A stretch of 64,000 nucleotides of DNA, taken from NCBI GenBank assembly GCA_965227095.1, contig CBDDFL010000002.1, positions 3,107 to 67,106 of the forward strand, given 5' to 3'. The position numbers and the translations under genes are program-made. Under the pieces are notes generated by a model. That model ran no database searches. It was not told the origin of the DNA and saw only the letters and a list, made by a program, of their open reading frames with translations. Below are positions 59,046 to 64,000 of this stretch, piece by piece. How positions within the stretch are numbered: position 1 is the stretch's first letter; each line of letters begins with the position of its first letter. This DNA is from Alphaproteobacteria bacterium. GTDB lineage: Bacteria; Pseudomonadota; Alphaproteobacteria; JANQMY01.

Positions 59046-59159
59046 GACTTGCGCCCCCTAATTTAGATGTCTTATTTCTTGACAATTCTAAAGCTGTTCT
59101 TATAGTAAGGCAATCTTACTAACTTGAAGCAAGACTGGGCAACAGACGGAGGAGCTAAG

Positions 59160-59525
59160 ATGCCAGAAAGATTGCTATGCGCGGTGTCGGACTTGAGCGA
59201 CAAGACGGCAAAAATTTGCGAGGTCGACGGGATCGAGATCGGGGTCATTCGGCACAAAGGAGACATCGTTGCATATAAGAACGTGTGTCCGCACCAGGGC
59301 GGGCCGGTATGCGAAGGCCTAAAGATGCCGCAGGTCTGCGTCGAACTCGACGACCAGCAGCGCACGCTCCGGCAGACCTTCAACGAAGACGAACTGCATT
59401 TCGTTTGCCCGTGGCATGGCTGGGAATTCAAGATTGCGACGGGCGAAGCGGTCGGCGATCCGAAATACAAAATGAAACGCTACAACGTGGTGGAGAGAGG
59501 GGGTGAGGTCTATGTCGAAATTTGA
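59160..59525 (+). CDS. Rieske [2Fe-2S] ferredoxin
   Basis: CPHQGGPVC...CPWHGWEF. Confidence 0.9.
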   Translation: MPERLLCAVSDLSDKTAKICEVDGIEIGVIRHKGDIVAYKNVCPHQGGPVCEGLKMPQVCVELDDQQRTLRQTFNEDELHFVCPWHGWEFKIATGEAVGDPKYKMKRYNVVERGGEVYVEI

Positions 59526-59811
59526 TCAAATAGCCACTGAAGCTCCTGCTCTGGACGCATCGCTCGATGCTGTCCTGAATGCACTTCGCAACCCCGAAAG
59601 CAGTGGCCTGCGCGCCGAGCAACTTCAGGCGCTGCTTTCACACGCTGTGACTGCATATGCAAAACTTCGCGAAACCAATGACGGCTTGCCCGCATTCCCA
59701 CGAGACAACGATGTCTCGGCGACAGCTGTCGCCATCGCCGCGACCGGCATTCTCGATGCCGCCGATATGGCGGTGTTCGAGTTGGGCATGTGGCAGACAC
59801 TAAATCCGTAA
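59512..59811 (+). CDS. Hypothetical protein
   Basis: Overlaps the ferredoxin stop; C-terminal FELGMWQ. Confidence 0.7.
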   Translation: MSKFDQIATEAPALDASLDAVLNALRNPESSGLRAEQLQALLSHAVTAYAKLRETNDGLPAFPRDNDVSATAVAIAATGILDAADMAVFELGMWQTLNP

Positions 59812-59831
59812 CACGAGGGGAGAGAGATAAA

Positions 59832-60371
59832 ATGTCATTAACGGGCAACACGATGAACTACAGTTCGGATAACGATCCGGCGATCCAGGAATTTAATACC
59901 AGCAAGCTGCTGAAGAACGCACGTAAGCAAGCGGAAGATCGCAACTACAAAGACTTCTTCATTTGCGATGTGGACAGCCACCACTATGAGACTGAGGCCT
60001 TGCCGGAAATCCTGCAGTACATGGACGACCCAGTGATGCGCCATCTTGGCTTGTCAGCCGGTAACGTTGGTCGAGCCGGCCTTATTCCGCAGGCGATCGG
60101 TTCGCAGGACATGGCTGGGCGCGTGACGCGCTATGCGGGTCGGGACAAAGAAATTGTCCCCGAAGAGCCGCACCGCGACATCACTTTGGCCCGGCGCTGG
60201 ATGGACGCGATGGGTACGGATATGGCGTGCCTTTTCCCAACCCCAATGCTGCTGTTGGCGACGCACCCCCAAGTCGAGGTCGAGGTGGCAATGGCCCGCG
60301 CCTATAACCGTTGGCTGAGCGAGCGCATTCTTGAAGAAGACAATCGCCTCGTATCCATGGTTGTCGCGTAG
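59832..60371 (+). pseudogene. Amidohydrolase_2 family protein, interrupted by a transposon at 60362
   Basis: CDVDSHHYE, MDAMGTD..LFPT and ARAYNRWL, then sequence switches to the transposon end. Confidence 0.85.
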
Positions 60372-60476
60372 CCCTTAATTGTGAGATGAGAAATCCAACG
60401 AAATCAACGGCCTTGCTTTGCCCTTAAATATGATATTTTGCCTTTAAATCCGATATTTTTGCCCTTAAACCTGAGA
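60362..60476 (+). repeat. Left end with four ~18-bp transposase-binding repeats
   Basis: T[A/T]GCC[C/T]TTAA..GA[G/T]A at 60369, 60418, 60438 and 60459. Confidence 0.85.
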
Positions 60477-60492
60477 CAGGGTTCGCAGCTTC

Positions 60493-62142
60493 GTGTGGCA
60501 AATATTGATGGATGATGATCGCGAAGACTTCGTTGCCGCTGGTGCTGAGGAGGCGCGCAGGGCGGCCGTTCTGCGTCCGCTTGTTCAGGCATATCTCAAA
60601 GGAACTGGCAGTCTGGAAAGTGGCATCAATGACGCCGTTTGGGAGCTTGGTGTCAGCAGGGCGACTGTCTGGCGCTGGATAAAGCGTCTGGCCGAAGAGG
60701 GTGGGCGCACCAGCGCGCTGGCTTCTCGGAAACGGGGCCGCCCGACTGGTACAACCTTGATATCCGGCAAGGTGGAAGCGGTGATCGAAGAACATCTTCG
60801 CCGTTATTTCTTACGGCGGGAACGCCCAAGCCTGTCGCGCATCGTGACAGAAATCCGAAGCGCGTGCTGGCAGCAGGGCTTGCAACCGCCGACACGTCGG
60901 ACGGTTCAGCGCAGGCTGGATGCAATGGATGCCCGTGAAATTGCCAAGGCACGCGAAGGCGCAAAGGCGGCCCGCCAGAAATTTGCGCCGGTCGTAGGCG
61001 ACAACAAGGCAAACCGGCCACTGGAGGTCGTGCAAATCGACCATACGCCTGCGGACATCATTCTCGTCGACAGTTTTGAACGCAAACCAATTGGGCGGCC
61101 TTGGGTCACGCTGGCGATCGACGTCGCAACGCGGATGGTGACCGGATATTACACCTCTCTCGAGGCACCTTCGCGTCTGTCGGTGGCGCTTTGCCTGACA
61201 CAGGCTGTGGCCCCCAAGGCGGAACTTCTGGCGGAATTGGTGCGCAATGTTCCTTGGCCCGCGCAGGGTAAACCGCATAGCATCCACGTCGATAACGGGC
61301 GCGATTTCCGGTCGCATGCCTTTCGGTCGGCATGTGCGGAATGGGGGATCGATCTGGTCTATCGGCCGCCAGGCAGTCCTCATTTCGGAGGGCACATCGA
61401 ACGATTGATCGGCACGATGATGGGGGCCGTGCACCTGTTGCCTGGAACAACGCAATCCTCGGTCGTGGCCAAGGGCGACTATGACGCCGAGGGCATGGCC
61501 ACGATGACCTTAAGCGACTTCGATCGCTGGTTTGCTCTGGAAATCTGCCGCTACAACAACAGCATTCATTCAAGTCTTGGCTGCACGCCCGTTGCCAAAT
61601 GGGAGGCGCTCTCAGAGCAAATGATGGGCGATATCCCCTTCGAGATTGAAGCCTTTCGGGTGAGCTTTCTGCCAAGTGAACTGCGCAAGGTCAGGCGTGA
61701 CGGCATCCATCTGTTCCAGATACGGTACTGGTCCGATGCGCTTGCAGGCCACATCGGGCGCGGGGATGGAAAGGTGGTCGTCCGCTACGACCCTCGCGAC
61801 CTCTCGGTGATCTGGGTCGAACTGGATAATGACCGATACGTCGAAGCTCGGTACCGAAACCTGGAAATTCCGCCTGTGTCGCTCTGGGAATATCGCGAAG
61901 CCATGAGGAATGCCCGTGCCCTTGGCAAGTCCGGGTCCAATGAGCTGGTCCTGGCTGAGCTGATCCGACAGCAACGCCAAATCGAGTCTGAAAGCCGGAG
62001 CCTGACGAGGGCCGAACGCCGATCCCGTGAAAGAAAAGGGACATTGGAGGGCGCCAACTCGGCCGTCTCAACAACCGAAGGGCTGCGCGCGATCGATACG
62101 GGTGATACATCGCGCCCATTGTTCAAGGTGGAGAGATGGTGA
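60493..62142 (+). CDS. tniA: DDE transposase, TniA/TnsB-like
   Basis: QIDHT, AIDVATR, HVDNGRDF and GGHIER motifs; Mu-transposase-like C-terminal RYDPRDLS. Confidence 0.93.
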   Translation: MWQILMDDDREDFVAAGAEEARRAAVLRPLVQAYLKGTGSLESGINDAVWELGVSRATVWRWIKRLAEEGGRTSALASRKRGRPTGTTLISGKVEAVIEEHLRRYFLRRERPSLSRIVTEIRSACWQQGLQPPTRRTVQRRLDAMDAREIAKAREGAKAARQKFAPVVGDNKANRPLEVVQIDHTPADIILVDSFERKPIGRPWVTLAIDVATRMVTGYYTSLEAPSRLSVALCLTQAVAPKAELLAELVRNVPWPAQGKPHSIHVDNGRDFRSHAFRSACAEWGIDLVYRPPGSPHFGGHIERLIGTMMGAVHLLPGTTQSSVVAKGDYDAEGMATMTLSDFDRWFALEICRYNNSIHSSLGCTPVAKWEALSEQMMGDIPFEIEAFRVSFLPSELRKVRRDGIHLFQIRYWSDALAGHIGRGDGKVVVRYDPRDLSVIWVELDNDRYVEARYRNLEIPPVSLWEYREAMRNARALGKSGSNELVLAELIRQQRQIESESRSLTRAERRSRERKGTLEGANSAVSTTEGLRAIDTGDTSRPLFKVERW

Positions 62143-62143
62143 A

Positions 62144-63025
62144 TTGAGGGCAGGAAAAACAGAGGAAGACGGTCGGATCACCCTCATTCAATCGGATATC
62201 TGGATTGGCTTTCCGCGGGCCGAACAAGTTCTGGACCGTTTGCAGTGTATGATCGAAGCGCCAAGGCAAACCCGTATGCCTGGCCTTCTTGTGCATGGCG
62301 CGTCCGGGATCGGAAAGACGATGATCGCCCGCAATCTTTCGCGCAGATATGCACCGGAATATGACCCAGCATCGGGAATTACGCGAACGCCGCTGTTACT
62401 GTTACAAGCACCACCAGCTCCCGACGAACGACGGTTCTATCTGCACATCCTGGCGACCGTCGGGGCACCGGCCACGGCACTGAGCGCGCGCGCTCAAAAT
62501 GTGGCCTCCCTCGAAGTCCGTGTCGTCGCGCTCTTGCGCGACCTTGGCCTGCGGATGATCATGATCGACGAAGTCCACAACCTCTTGGCCGGGACCCACC
62601 GCGAACAGCGCCGCTTTCTCAATGTTCTGCGGTATCTCAGCAATGAACTCGAAGTGTCGCTGGTCTGCCTGGGGGTCAGCGAGGCCGTCGATGCCATCCG
62701 TGGTGATATCCAGCTTGCCAGGCGGCTGGACGAACATCACCTTCCAAACTGGCGCGACGACGCCGAGTTCTCGGACATGATCCAGACACTCATCGCGGCA
62801 ATGCCCCTCGAGAAGAAATCCAATCTGAAGGTCAAGTCACTAAAGCAGATACTTGCGCTGACCGGCGGGGTGACCTCGCGCATCTTCGCCCTGATCAAGG
62901 ATCTTTCCATCGACGCCATTGTCACAGGTGATGAATGCATCACCGATGACGCAATCGCAAAATGGACGCCGGTTTGGTCGCGCCATGCGAACCCCCATCG
63001 GCGGCTCGAGAAGTCCGGGGTGTGA
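62144..63025 (+). CDS. tniB: TniB AAA+ NTPase
   Basis: GASGIGKT Walker A; MIDEVHNLL Walker B; QLARR; TTG start inferred. Confidence 0.92.
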   Translation: MRAGKTEEDGRITLIQSDIWIGFPRAEQVLDRLQCMIEAPRQTRMPGLLVHGASGIGKTMIARNLSRRYAPEYDPASGITRTPLLLLQAPPAPDERRFYLHILATVGAPATALSARAQNVASLEVRVVALLRDLGLRMIMIDEVHNLLAGTHREQRRFLNVLRYLSNELEVSLVCLGVSEAVDAIRGDIQLARRLDEHHLPNWRDDAEFSDMIQTLIAAMPLEKKSNLKVKSLKQILALTGGVTSRIFALIKDLSIDAIVTGDECITDDAIAKWTPVWSRHANPHRRLEKSGV

Positions 63026-63813
63026 AGCCGCACCCGCTGCCCAAGACTGTCGCGCCGCTGCCCGACGAGTTGTTGTCAGGTTGGTTGTCTAGGCTGGCGG
63101 CGGCCAACTACTGTGATGATGCGGAACTACTGGCTCATCTCAGAATCGATACCGCGCATGGCACCGCCTTGAACTTCAACGTCGACGCGGCTGCGGCGGC
63201 GAAGATTGCCAACGCCGCACGGATTGACCCAGATGTTGTGCGATCTTTGACCTTCCCAGCAATGACGACACGAGAAGCCTCGCTGACGGCCCAGATACCA
63301 TTCCAGCATTGCCTGCAATGTTCCAGAGAGGGCCTTTCGCTCAAGCATTGGAGGCGAGCCTGGGCATTCGACTGCCAGGTTTGTGGGACGAGACTTGTGC
63401 CGACGCTCGGCAAGGCCAGTGGCGAACAGATGCCCGAAAAGCTGATAAATCGTGCGCGCAACGGCGCCGCGCGGCTTGAATACGCCGCGCGATTACGCAG
63501 CTCCAAGCAATTTCGGCGCGCAATGCGCGCGGTCACCTTTGCCATATCATTAAAGGCCTTCCGCGGAGATCCGTTATACGCTCTTCAGGGCCACAGGCTG
63601 GAAGTAAGGCTGTTTGGCCTTGCTGCAATTGATGCAGCCCAATCCCGTCCACTGGTCAAAGCGGCCATCTCAAGCTCCGGCATCGACGACTATGCAAGGG
63701 TTGCTCTATTGCGCGCCTTCGATAAGGAGCCACGTCTGCTTGCCGCGGTTGTTTACATCGCCCGGCAGCGCGCGAAAAGCATAGGCGCGATGGCAGTGGA
63801 ATCTCATAATTAA
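63022..63813 (+). CDS. tniQ: TniQ family protein
   Basis: PLPDELLSGWLSRLAAAN; CLQC..W..CQVC zinc finger. Confidence 0.88.
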   Translation: MKPHPLPKTVAPLPDELLSGWLSRLAAANYCDDAELLAHLRIDTAHGTALNFNVDAAAAAKIANAARIDPDVVRSLTFPAMTTREASLTAQIPFQHCLQCSREGLSLKHWRRAWAFDCQVCGTRLVPTLGKASGEQMPEKLINRARNGAARLEYAARLRSSKQFRRAMRAVTFAISLKAFRGDPLYALQGHRLEVRLFGLAAIDAAQSRPLVKAAISSSGIDDYARVALLRAFDKEPRLLAAVVYIARQRAKSIGAMAVESHN

Positions 63814-63867
63814 GGGCAAAAAATATCCCCGAACGCGTCGTGTCTCAGATTTAAGGGCAACGCGACA
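63802..63867 (-). repeat. Right end with two transposase-binding repeats
   Basis: TCTCATAATTAAGGGCAA (63802) and TCTCAGATTTAAGGGCAA (63843), ending CGCGACA. Confidence 0.85.
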
Positions 63868-64000
63868 CTTGGTCAAGGATCTGTCCATCGACGCGATCAT
63901 CAGCGGTGACGAGTGCGTCACTGATGATGCCATCGCAAAATGGACACCGGTCTGGTCGCGCCATGCAAACGCTCAGCGACGGCTCGAGAAATCTGGGGCG
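63868..64000 (+). pseudogene. tniB: 3' fragment of a second, diverged tniB
   Basis: Reads LVKDLSIDAIISGDECVTDDAIAKWTPVWSRHANAQRRLEKSGA, versus LIKDLSIDAIVTGDECITDDAIAKWTPVWSRHANPHRRLEKSGV at 62891-63022. Confidence 0.85.

Larger units (their letters stand above)
60362..63867 (+). mobile_element. Tn5053/Tn7-like TniA-TniB-TniQ transposon without cargo
   Basis: Ends TGTCGCGTAGCCCTTAATTGTGAGA and TCTCAGATTTAAGGGCAACGCGACA are inverted TGT..ACA repeats. Confidence 0.9.

Noticed and set aside
60369-60476. Short spaced repeats resembling a mini-CRISPR array or iterons
   Set aside because: Near-tandem, without spacers, and mirrored at the right end: transposase-binding sites. No cas gene, so not a CAST

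Overview
The window has three parts. (1) 1-~7226 is a piece of a tailed-phage genome: a putative virion/ejection protein, tail fibre and assembly protein, GH24 endolysin, lipoproteins/spanins, a thermonuclease, then convergent small early-type genes. (2) At ~7227 it joins abruptly, with a gene cut on each side, to an alphaproteobacterial (Rhodobacterales-like) repABC plasmid. This carries a leading-region-type block (truncated methylase/strawberry-notch helicase, RelBE-type TA, ParB-like, DUF3768, ArdC), Fic, and repABC with ctRNA and three parS palindromes. Next come a decayed VapC, a resolvase/tyrosine recombinase/HTH trio, a redox-stress block (LLM, quinone reductases, HxlR, Bcr/CflA, SufR-like regulator plus SOD) and a complete pca beta-ketoadipate cluster. 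A phthalate 4,5-dioxygenase cluster follows, with nadC, a TAXI-TRAP transporter and extra enzymes that together suggest an undescribed mandelate-like upper pathway feeding phthalate. (3) 60362-63867 is a cargo-free TniA-TniB-TniQ transposon that truncates an amidohydrolase gene and abuts tniB of a sister element. I saw no rRNA, tRNA or CRISPR array. All family assignments come from motif recognition, not database searches.
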